The translations under genes were made by a program, and so were the position numbers. Under the pieces are notes generated by a model, which was not told where the DNA came from, ran no database searches, and saw only the letters and a program-made list of their open reading frames with translations. A stretch of 64,000 nt of DNA from Verrucomicrobiia bacterium (GTDB lineage Bacteria; Verrucomicrobiota; Verrucomicrobiia; Chthoniobacterales; UBA6821): assembly GCA_040380225.1 (NCBI GenBank), contig JBEIJN010000005.1, positions 4,563-68,562 on the forward strand, written 5' to 3'. The first letter of the stretch is position 1. Every line of letters starts with the position of its first letter. Of this stretch, positions 10,402 through 20,186 are shown in pieces.

Positions 10402-11635
10402 GGAAACGCTGATTTAATCGGGAAGCGTTTCAATGCGATGCTATGCAGGATACTTGTTTAGGGTTAGACTGGTTGGCATGAACAAGCAGCTGAGTTTTTC
10501 TGCGAGCGAGTATGCTGGGAAGAAGAAGGCGACCAGAAGGGAGCGCTTCCTTGGGGAGATGGAGAAGGTGGTGCCTTGGGGGAAGCTTATCGCCCTGATT
10601 GAGCCATGTTATCCCAAGGGTGAGCGAGGGAGGCCTCCGGTGGGGATTGAGAGGATGCTGAGGATCTACTTCCTATCGCAGTGGTACGGGTTGGCAGACG
10701 AAGCCCTTGAGGATGCCATCTACGACAGTCAGGCGATGAGGAACTTTATCGGTGTGGATCTGGGAGGGGAAAGCGTGCCTGATGCGACGACATTGCTGAA
10801 GTTCCGACATCTCTTGGAAGAGAATGAGCTGACGCGGGCGATCTTTGAGGAGATCGGGAGGCATCTCAAGGCCAAGCAACTGATGATGAAGGAGGGAACC
10901 ATCGTGGATGCGACCATCATCAGCGCCCCCTCCTCAACCAAGAACGCGGAGGGCAGGAGGGATCCTCAGATGCATCAGACCCGCAAAGGCAACCAGTCGT
11001 ACTTCGGGATGAAGGCCCAAATTGGAGCGGATGCGAATTCGGGGTTGGTTCACAGTCTTGAGGGCACCCCCGCCAATGTGAGTGACGTCAGCCAGACCAA
11101 GCATCTGCTGCATGGAGAGGAGAAGAGTGTTCACGCCGATGCGGGATACACCGGGGTTGAAAAGAGGGAGGAATTTGAGGGCAGCAAGATCGAGTGGATG
11201 GTGCCTCAGAAGAAAGGACGTCTCAAAGCAATGGCCGATGGGTTGAAGAAGGATCTCTTACGGGAATGGGAGCGTCGGAAGGCGCAGGTGCGAGCCCGGG
11301 TGGAGCATCCCTTCCACATCGTCAAAAACCTCTTCGGCTACCGGAAAGTCCGATACCGGGGACTGAGGAAAAATCTCGCCCAACTTCACAGCCTCTTCGC
11401 CCTGGCCAATCTGGTCATTGCCGGACGCATGCTCCGCAGGGCCCAGATGGCATGAAATCACCAGAAACACCCTCCTTCGCAGCCAATGGATCACTTCATC
11501 GGCACCCTGCCACCGCTAAAAAATGCCCCTCCCGGAGCCACACGCGTTGCCAGATGATCAAATTTATCTCTCCAATCCCTTCCTCCACTCCAAAATCAGC
11601 CAAACTTTGAAAAAGGCGATTTAATCAGCGCTTCC
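10402..11635 (+). mobile_element. IS5-family (IS5 group) insertion sequence, complete, 1234 bp
   Basis: Imperfect terminal IRs: ggaaacgctgatttaatcg on the left, cgatttaatcagcgcttcc on the right. Flanked by a 4-bp direct repeat CTAG (10398-10401 and 11636-11639). Single DDE transposase gene. Confidence 0.85.
10478..11455 (+). CDS. IS5-family DDE transposase
   Basis: MNKQLSFSASEYAGKKKATRRERFL..., VDATIISAPSS, HADAGYTG and VEHPFHIVKNLFGYRKVRYRGLRKN are typical of IS5 transposases. Confidence 0.9.
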   Translation: MNKQLSFSASEYAGKKKATRRERFLGEMEKVVPWGKLIALIEPCYPKGERGRPPVGIERMLRIYFLSQWYGLADEALEDAIYDSQAMRNFIGVDLGGESVPDATTLLKFRHLLEENELTRAIFEEIGRHLKAKQLMMKEGTIVDATIISAPSSTKNAEGRRDPQMHQTRKGNQSYFGMKAQIGADANSGLVHSLEGTPANVSDVSQTKHLLHGEEKSVHADAGYTGVEKREEFEGSKIEWMVPQKKGRLKAMADGLKKDLLREWERRKAQVRARVEHPFHIVKNLFGYRKVRYRGLRKNLAQLHSLFALANLVIAGRMLRRAQMA

Positions 11636-11730
11636 CTAGAGGTGGCAATCGGATTCTCACCGATTCGGGAGCTTTCACTCCCGACCCAATTGGATGCCAC
11701 CCCGCAGCCGCCCACCATCAGGCGGGAGGA

Positions 11731-11883
11731 CTACATCTCGCTCTGGACAGCTCTGGCGCCTTTGCTGACACCTCGGCCTGTCGCACTGACGTCCTGACCG
11801 ACACCCCTAATGGTGTTACAACCCGTAAGGGTGGCAGCAGCGAGGAGGATCAGGGCTAGCATGGTTAGTGTGGTTGTTTTCAT
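11731..11883 (-). CDS. entericidin A/B-family small lipoprotein (50 aa; below the ORF-track cutoff)
   Basis: My own translation: MKTTTLTMLALILLAAATLTGCNTIRGVGQDVSATGRGVSKGARAVQSEM. Lipobox LTGC followed by NT-RG-G-D-S, as in the EcnA/B family. An alternative in-frame start lies at 11910. Confidence 0.6.
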   Translation of the reverse strand: MKTTTLTMLALILLAAATLTGCNTIRGVGQDVSATGRGVSKGARAVQSEM

Positions 11884-11962
11884 GGCATTGGATGTGGTGG
11901 ATTGTTTCATACGCAGCAGTTATCCCACACCCCTCGACCGCTTTCTATTGGTAGAAGCACTT

Positions 11963-12239
11963 AGAGACTGTCTGAAAACTGGGGAATGACGCGAGAGAGC
12001 AAGGGGGGCTGGATGGTCAGGCACATGCGAGGGAGAATCCCCGCAGCGGGCTTTGACCGAGCAGGGAACGCAGCCAGACAGCTTTCATTGCTCGCGCCCG
12101 GAGGGTTGGGTGGCTTTTCCCTTTGGCCAGTGTCGGATCGGACGAGACAAGACCGCAGGGGTATTGCCGCCCTCCTCCCTCCTTGGCCAACGGAAAAATC
12201 CCCGCCAACGCGGCTCTCCCGAGTCTTCAGACAGTCTCT
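11963..12239. repeat. 277-bp element closed by terminal inverted repeats (candidate MITE or long structured RNA)
   Basis: agagactgtctgaa (11963-11976) is the perfect reverse complement of ttcagacagtctct (12226-12239). Pairing extends imperfectly to about 24 bp. Confidence 0.5.
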
Positions 12240-12342
12240 TGGGTCCACCGTTCGACCGAAAAACCACGCAAGCCAATTGCTTAGCCATGTCTAATCGTTT
12301 CCGCCCATAGCGTGGAGACTCTTGCGGAAGTAATGTTTTCCC

Positions 12343-12528
12343 ATGAAAGCAATACTTTTGGCCTGCATCTGTAGCCTGATCCTCACCATATCGCTGACCT
12401 CGTGCTTCTCACTTAGCACTACGAGGACAACGAATCCCACACCTTACACCACGACGACGGTGTCTCAGCAGAACAGGGGCGTCTTCCAGAAGCCGTACAC
12501 GACCACGACGCGCAGCGTCACCTATTGA
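12343..12528 (+). CDS. hypothetical small Thr-rich lipoprotein
   Basis: 61 aa. Signal peptide with lipobox SLTSC, followed by low-complexity T/P-rich sequence. Confidence 0.4.
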   Translation: MKAILLACICSLILTISLTSCFSLSTTRTTNPTPYTTTTVSQQNRGVFQKPYTTTTRSVTY

Positions 12529-12577
12529 GCGGATAACGCGTCCCCATCCAATACTAAAACCTCCAACCTCTAGAACC

Positions 12578-12727
12578 ATGCTCTACACGATCGCCCTGGT
12601 TTTTATCATCCTTTGGTTGCTCGGCCTCGTCAGCAGTTACACGATGGGTGGATTCATCCATGTCCTGCTGGTCGTCGCCTTGGTGGTGCTGCTTGTGCGG
12701 ATCATCCAGGGGAATCGGATCCCCTGA
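12578..12727 (+). CDS. lmo0937-family small membrane protein (49 aa; below the ORF-track cutoff)
   Basis: My own translation: MLYTIALVFIILWLLGLVSSYTMGGFIHVLLVVALVVLLVRIIQGNRIP. This matches the two-helix ILWLLG...GG-IH-LLV-A pattern of the family. Confidence 0.6.
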   Translation: MLYTIALVFIILWLLGLVSSYTMGGFIHVLLVVALVVLLVRIIQGNRIP

Positions 12728-12845
12728 GTTCTGTCACGGAGTGAACAAGTGACGCGTGGAAAGTGAAGGGGTGGTAGCGGAGCGCCCTTTGGGCCCATGC
12801 AGGCTTATCATTTAAAGGTGCAACACGTACTATAAGGCTTGGAAG

Positions 12846-12934
12846 TTTTGATGCCGCGCGCGCGCGCGCGAGCGAAGCTGTAGCGAGCTACTGCGAGCGA
12901 GCAGCAACAACGCGCGGCGCAAAAATCCCAAGCC
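12846..12934. repeat. family-S nested-hairpin repeat, full form
   Basis: tttt-g-at-gccgcgc ... gctgtag-cgag-ctactgc ... gcgcggc-g-c-aaaaa, then tail tcccaagcc. Lies 14 nt beyond the uvrD stop. Confidence 0.6.
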
Positions 12935-12947
12935 TCCGCTCAACAGC

Positions 12948-14960
<2,013 letters not shown>

Positions 14961-15013
14961 AACGGAAAAGATGAGGGATGAAGGATGAAAGCTGAAACCG
15001 GGAGGACAGAGAG

Positions 15014-15167
15014 TAATCAGGAAATCAGGAAATCAGGAAGACGTGATGGGAGGGAAATCTGCCCTCCAATGGTGAAAAGGCTTGGCAGGGAAGCGGCAAT
15101 TACTCTCCACCGATCCCAAATGACCCATGGCTCCTCCGCCTTTTCCTGATTTCCTGATTTCCTGATA
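15014..15167. repeat. foldback element with stuttered arms (word AATCAGGA)
   Basis: A 24-bp perfect inverted repeat: (atcaggaa)x3 at 15016-15039 pairs with (ttcctgat)x3 at 15143-15166. The spacer is 103 nt. Confidence 0.8.
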
Positions 15168-15173
15168 AAAATT

Positions 15174-15836
15174 TCAGGATTCTTTCCCGATCGTTTGCCC
15201 AAATTCGCGAATGATCCGCGGGTAGAGTTCGTGCTCGGCGATCTGGATGCGGGCGTGGAGTGACTCCGCCGTGTCGCCCGGGAGGACTGGAACACGGCTC
15301 TGGCCGAGGATCGCGCCGGTATCGACCCCGGCATCGACGAGGTGAACGGTGCAGCCTGCCTCGGGTACTCCCGCCTCGATCGCCTGACGCCATGCTTCCA
15401 GTCCCCGGAAAGATGGCAGCAGAGAGGGATGGATGTTCAGGATCCGTCCCGGAAAGGCGCGAAGCAGCGGTTCCTTGATGACGCGCATGAATCCTGCGAG
15501 GACGACGAAATCGACCCTCGCCTCGCGGAGCAACCGGACAATTTCCTCCTCGGCTTCCGGGGCCATCTTCGTGCGGAAGGGACCGGGTGCCACGAATTGA
15601 CCGGGGATCCCGAATTCCTTCGCAAGAGGAAGGATCCCGGCGGTCTCGATATCCGAGAGAACGATCACCGGTTCACATCCGAGGATCCCGCCGCGCCATG
15701 CCTCGGCCAAGGCACGGAAGTTGGATCCCTTCCCGGAACCAAGAACGCCGAATCGGGGCCCCGAGTTGCCGGGTGAAATGGAAAACCCCGGCCTGGAAGG
15801 ACCGGGGTTATTCATCCCTTGCAGGGAAAGACTCAA
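15174..15836 (-). CDS. purN: phosphoribosylglycinamide formyltransferase
   Basis: VLGSGKGSNFRAL, NIHPSLLP and TVHLVD-GVDTG motifs. The N-terminal ~25 aa are uncertain; an alternative Met lies at 15815. Confidence 0.85.
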   Translation of the reverse strand: MSLSLQGMNNPGPSRPGFSISPGNSGPRFGVLGSGKGSNFRALAEAWRGGILGCEPVIVLSDIETAGILPLAKEFGIPGQFVAPGPFRTKMAPEAEEEIVRLLREARVDFVVLAGFMRVIKEPLLRAFPGRILNIHPSLLPSFRGLEAWRQAIEAGVPEAGCTVHLVDAGVDTGAILGQSRVPVLPGDTAESLHARIQIAEHELYPRIIREFGQTIGKES

Positions 15837-15848
15837 TGTGAGGCTCGG

Positions 15849-16103
<255 letters not shown>

Positions 16104-16139
16104 GGCAGTAGGTGGGTTGGGTTGAAAGTGGCGCTGAGA

Positions 16140-16454
16140 CTAGGCGGAGATCTTGGTGATCTTCAGCTTGGTGAGCTGGCGGCGATGGCCGACCGTGCGG
16201 TGGTAGCCCTTGCGGCGCTTGAACTTGAAGGCGATCACCTTGTCGTCCTTATACTGTTCGACGACCTCGGCCTTGACGCTGGCTCCCGAGACGAGAGGGG
16301 CGCCGAGGTTGACCTTATCGCCGTTCACGACGAGCAGGACGTCGCTGAAGGTGGTTTCTTTGCCGGCTTCGGCATGGAGCTTCTCGACACTCAGGACGTC
16401 TCCCTCGGAGACGCGGTACTGCTTGCCGCCGGTTTGGATGATTGCGTAGGACAT
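16140..16454 (-). CDS. rplU: 50S ribosomal protein L21
   Basis: Start at MSYAIIQTGGKQYRVSEGD, the internal Met of ORF 16140..16511. Confidence 0.95.
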   Translation of the reverse strand: MSYAIIQTGGKQYRVSEGDVLSVEKLHAEAGKETTFSDVLLVVNGDKVNLGAPLVSGASVKAEVVEQYKDDKVIAFKFKRRKGYHRTVGHRRQLTKLKITKISA

Positions 16455-16576
16455 GGGAAATTCTTTGGAAAAAGGAGTGAGAGGATGCCACAGGCCGACA
16501 AGGCCGTCCACAAAAATATTGAGTTTTTCTCTCTTGCTACCGCGACGTCGTGACGTATGATGCCCGACCCATCAAT

Positions 16577-16660
16577 GCTCGGGTGGTGAAATGGCAGACA
16601 CGTACGTTTGAGGGGCGTATGCCGAAAGGCATGGGGGTTCAAGTCCCCCCCCGAGCACCA
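16577..16660 (+). tRNA. tRNA-Leu (anticodon GAG)
   Basis: Hand-folded. Acceptor gctcggg/cccgagc, anticodon stem tacgt/gcgta with loop ttGAGgg, long variable arm tgccgaaaggcat, T arm ggggg-ttcaagt-ccccc, encoded ACCA. Confidence 0.9.
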
Positions 16661-16678
16661 TCTCCAGCCGGTGGCTGG

Positions 16679-16709
<31 letters not shown>

Positions 16710-16792
16710 ATGCAGGCATCGTTCGTTGCAGCACTCCCCTGATCCTTCCTTCTTTTGGATTTTTGTGCCGACCCTGTCCCTATAGACTCAGA

Positions 16793-16826
16793 CCTAATAG
16801 TCTAACAGACTACAGCCTAATAGCCT
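16793..16826. repeat. family-T array of YCTAAYAG-type 8-mers
   Basis: cctaatagtctaacagactacagcctaatagcct matches the reverse complement of 62620..62653 at 32 of 34 positions (hand count). It abuts the stop codon of the exonuclease gene. Confidence 0.75.
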
Positions 16827-17407
16827 TACCCCAGCAGTGCCTCCCCCGGGTGATCCTGGATCCCGGTCAGCTCGATCAGTCTGCGCAGCAGGAGCAGTGA
16901 GGCCAGGGAGTCGCTCAGCGCCTCGTGCCAGCGGAAGTCGGGGAGGTGCGTTCGGGCCTCCGCTTCCAACCCAAGCTCCCCGACCAGATCCGAGAGGGCA
17001 TAGGAGGGACGGCCGGGCAGGATCTTCCGGCTGAGGGTGAGGGTGTCGACCCAGGGGCCGAAGCCGTGCATCGGGAAGGTGCGCAGAAATCTTTTTTCCG
17101 TCCCGCTTCCATGGGCCACGATCCAGCGCCCGCCGAGACGCCCCTTGATCTCCGGCCAGAGCCCGAGAAGATCCGGCGCATCCTTCAGATCATCGGCCGT
17201 GATGCCGTGGATCTGCTGGGCCGACCAGGTGACCGGGCGGGCGGTCTTGAGATAGCTGCGGTAGAAGGAATCGGAGAGGGGCGCCAGTCCGCCCATCCAC
17301 GCAATGCCTATCTGGACGGGGATTCCCGCCTCGTTGGCACGCTCGCCGGCCGACTCGAAATCAAGTGCGGCGAAGGGAATCTCCCGGATCAGGCGTCCCA
17401 AGATCAT
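16826..17407 (-). CDS. DEDD-type 3'-5' exonuclease domain protein (DnaQ-like)
   Basis: 193 aa. ALDFESAG (Exo I-like), WIVAHGSGTEKRFL and HEALSDSL (Exo III-like). Confidence 0.65.
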   Translation of the reverse strand: MILGRLIREIPFAALDFESAGERANEAGIPVQIGIAWMGGLAPLSDSFYRSYLKTARPVTWSAQQIHGITADDLKDAPDLLGLWPEIKGRLGGRWIVAHGSGTEKRFLRTFPMHGFGPWVDTLTLSRKILPGRPSYALSDLVGELGLEAEARTHLPDFRWHEALSDSLASLLLLRRLIELTGIQDHPGEALLG

Positions 17408-17428
17408 ACCCGCGGGAGCGGAGCGGGG

Positions 17429-18487
17429 TCAGGAGTTGCGGAGCAACTCCGCCGTAGCCTCCCAATCGAGGCAGGCATCGGTGATGGAGACGCCGTAGCG
17501 GAGCTTCGACGGGTCGTCGCCGAGGTTCTGCGCGCCGAACTCCAGGTGGCTTTCGAGCATGGCCCCGACGATATCGGCGCGGCCTGCGGCCCTCTGCTCA
17601 AGGATGCTCTTCCAGACCTCGGGCTGACGGGCGGGATCCTTGCCGCTGTTGGCATGGCTGCAGTCGATCATGATGGCCGTCGGGACTCCGGCGGCCTTCA
17701 GTTTCGCGGCGGCATCGGCCGTCTGATCAGGATGGTAATTGGTCCCGTCGCGGCCCCCGCGCAGGACGAGATGGCCGTCGGGATTCCCCGCGGTCTTGAT
17801 GATGCTGGTCATCCCCTCCTGGTCGATGCCGAGAAAACTGTGGCCGGTGCGCGAGGAGCGCATCGCGTCGATGGCGGTCTGGACACTGCCGTCGGTGCCG
17901 TTCTTGAAGCCGACAGGCATCGAGAGGCCGCTCGCCATCTCGCGGTGGGTCTGCGACTCGGTGGTGCGGGCTCCGATGGCCGACCAGCTGATGAGGTCGG
18001 CGATGTACTGCGGCATGATCGGGTCGAGCACCTCGGTGGCGGCCGGAAGCCCGAGCGCGGCGACATCCAGCAGCAGCCGGCGCGCCACCTCGATGCCTCG
18101 GGCCAGATCGCCGGAGTCGTTGAGATGGGGGTCGTTGATGAGGCCCTTCCAGCCGACGGTGGTGCGGGGCTTCTCGAAATAGACGCGCATCACGATGAAG
18201 AGCCGGTCCTCGACCTCCTTGGCGAGCGCGGCCAGGCGCTTCGCATAATCGATTGCCGAAACGGGATCGTGGATGGAGCAGGGCCCGACGATAACGAGCA
18301 ACCGCGGATCCTCGCCACGCAGGATACGGCGGCAGGTCTCGCGATACTCCGCCACCTTCGAAAGAACCTCCGGGGAGGCGGGCAGCTTGGCCTTCACCTC
18401 GCGGGGCGTCACCAGGCGCGTGACGCCGCTGACACGTGTATTCTCCGTGACCGGCCTGGCTGTGTTCTCTGTCGTGGCGGTGCTCAT
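17429..18487 (-). CDS. aroG: 3-deoxy-7-phosphoheptulonate (DAHP) synthase, class I
   Basis: LLVIVGPCSIHD, VYFEKPRTTVGWKGLINDP and IDCSHANS motifs. Start moved to MSTATTEN at 18487. Confidence 0.9.
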   Translation of the reverse strand: MSTATTENTARPVTENTRVSGVTRLVTPREVKAKLPASPEVLSKVAEYRETCRRILRGEDPRLLVIVGPCSIHDPVSAIDYAKRLAALAKEVEDRLFIVMRVYFEKPRTTVGWKGLINDPHLNDSGDLARGIEVARRLLLDVAALGLPAATEVLDPIMPQYIADLISWSAIGARTTESQTHREMASGLSMPVGFKNGTDGSVQTAIDAMRSSRTGHSFLGIDQEGMTSIIKTAGNPDGHLVLRGGRDGTNYHPDQTADAAAKLKAAGVPTAIMIDCSHANSGKDPARQPEVWKSILEQRAAGRADIVGAMLESHLEFGAQNLGDDPSKLRYGVSITDACLDWEATAELLRNS

Positions 18488-18550
18488 GGCAATAATCGAG
18501 TCGAACAAGATCCATGCACCCGGCCCGGAATGCAATATGCAAGTGGAGGA

Positions 18551-18684
18551 GACGAGGGTCGAGGGTCGAGCGCAAAAACCCCAAAGACAACCGCCACCAA
18601 ACAGAAACACTCGGTTTTGCCCTCCTGATCCCTTTGTCAGCGCTTCAGAAGCCCTCGACAGTCGCCCCTCGACTCTCGACTCGG
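18551..18684. repeat. foldback element with stuttered arms (word CGAGGGT/CTCGAC)
   Basis: Left arm gacgagggtcgagggtcgagcg, right arm gccctcgacagtcgcccctcgactctcgactcgg. The right arm is nearly identical to that of 23292..23389. Confidence 0.65.
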
Positions 18685-18729
18685 CTGTTTCAGCTTTCCG
18701 ATTTCAGCTTTTCAGCTTTTTCTACCCCT

Positions 18730-19218
18730 ATGCCTTCCTTTGACATTGTTTCCGAAATCGAGCGGATGGAGATCGAGAATGCGGTCAACCAAGCCGTGAA
18801 GGAGCTGGCGACCCGCTTCGACTTCAAGGGGAGCAGCGCCAAGATCGAGCTGACCAAGCCGGAGCTGATCACCCTCACGGCCGAGGATGCCAACAAACTC
18901 AAGGGGGTACGCGAGATCATGGTCGGCAAGCTGGCCAAGAGGGGCGTCGACCTCCGCAACGTGGAGCAGAAGGATCCCTCCGTCTCCTCGATCGGCAACA
19001 CCCGTCAGGAGTTCGTCATCACCCAGGGACTCGAGGGCACCAAGGCCAAGGAGATCACGACGGCCATCAAGGCCGAAAAGTTCAAAGTGCAGGCCTCCCT
19101 TCAGGACCGTCAGGTGCGCGTGACGGGAACCAAGCGTGACGAACTTCAGGAAGTCATCGCCTTCCTTCGTGCGAAAGACTTCGGGGTGTCGCTCAGCTTC
19201 AAGAACTTCAGGGACTAA
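18730..19218 (+). CDS. yajQ: YajQ-family nucleotide (cyclic-di-GMP)-binding protein
   Basis: MPSFDIVSEIERMEIENAVNQAVKELATRFDFKGS..., about 162 aa, the internal start of ORF 18514..19218. Confidence 0.85.
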   Translation: MPSFDIVSEIERMEIENAVNQAVKELATRFDFKGSSAKIELTKPELITLTAEDANKLKGVREIMVGKLAKRGVDLRNVEQKDPSVSSIGNTRQEFVITQGLEGTKAKEITTAIKAEKFKVQASLQDRQVRVTGTKRDELQEVIAFLRAKDFGVSLSFKNFRD

Positions 19219-19349
19219 GCGACTTAAAAAACAGCCGTTCTCGCGCAAAGACGCGGAGGGGAGATGCTGCGGCAACTCTTGTCCGCCTAGCCGATTCCAC
19301 AAAACCTCCGAATCCAAAAGGCCTAACGTTAAAGGTTGGTTAAAGTTGG

Positions 19350-19763
19350 TTAGACCGATTCATTCTTGATGACCGCCCTCAACGATCGAGCCATCAAGAT
19401 GAATGGCACGCCAAACGGGGCGATCCCGAACGATGCCAACAGCATGACAGGATGGAACACGGCTTTGACTCCTGGAATAGCCGGCCAGAGTAAAATAAGG
19501 AGTGCTGAACCAAGAAAGTAGATCGCGCCAAGCCACGACAGAACCAGCATCCCAGAAGCTGCCCACATGCGGTGAAATATTCCGCCTATCCCAACGACGA
19601 TGCCCGCAAGGGCCACCGCCGAGAAGACGGCGAGCTGAACGCGATAGGTCGATTGGGAATGTACCGACGATATCCCAGCCATGACAAACACAACGGGCGC
19701 AAGAGCGATCCAGATCATACCGAACGTCCGGAGGCGCCGCCTAGAGTCTTCTGCTGTGCTCAT
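19350..19763 (-). CDS. hypothetical membrane protein (4 predicted TM helices)
   Basis: 137 aa, hydrophobic segments, lower-GC patch. No family recognised. Confidence 0.45.
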   Translation of the reverse strand: MSTAEDSRRRLRTFGMIWIALAPVVFVMAGISSVHSQSTYRVQLAVFSAVALAGIVVGIGGIFHRMWAASGMLVLSWLGAIYFLGSALLILLWPAIPGVKAVFHPVMLLASFGIAPFGVPFILMARSLRAVIKNESV

Positions 19764-19839
19764 TTTCGGCTGAAGTATTTTGGATTAACCAACCCCTCTC
19801 TTGCACTCTCTTGCGTTAAGACCCTAACACTCTAACAGC

Positions 19840-20061
19840 CTAGGCCTCATCGCGCCTCTTGTCAGTAAATGCGAAAATCAATGATGCGGTCTGCAGCAAA
19901 AGTATCGGAACGCCAAACCTTAAAATCCGGTCCAAGTAGATGTTCTGCATGTCGGTCGAACTGATCGGCTGGGCGTACGTGACAAAGCTGCCAGTGATTA
20001 ATACAACGGTCAGCACGATGCTTGCAAATAGAAGTCCCATCACGATTCGTTTCCTGGTCAT
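19840..20061 (-). CDS. hypothetical small membrane protein
   Basis: 73 aa with two hydrophobic helices. No family recognised. Confidence 0.35.
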   Translation of the reverse strand: MTRKRIVMGLLFASIVLTVVLITGSFVTYAQPISSTDMQNIYLDRILRFGVPILLLQTASLIFAFTDKRRDEA

Positions 20062-20186
20062 GAGCGTGGTGGTGTCTAATGGTTACCAGGCGGTTGAATA
20101 GCTGTGTTTTTCTTTGGGTTCATGGGGGGGCTTTACTGTCTTTTTGGATGGTCGATAGTTTCTTCAGCTAATACAAAGCGGTTGCG

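Noticed and set aside
11963-12239. Known riboswitch (cobalamin, ykkC/guanidine, fluoride) upstream of the small-protein genes.
   Set aside because: I could not find the defining cores (GCCACUG box, ACGR/GGGA ykkC motifs, fluoride pseudoknot). It is reported only as a TIR-bounded element.
15014-15167. CRISPR-like array, considered here and for the other stuttered regions.
   Set aside because: The repeat units are 7-9 nt and directly abutting, with no 25-40-nt unique spacers, and no cas genes are present.
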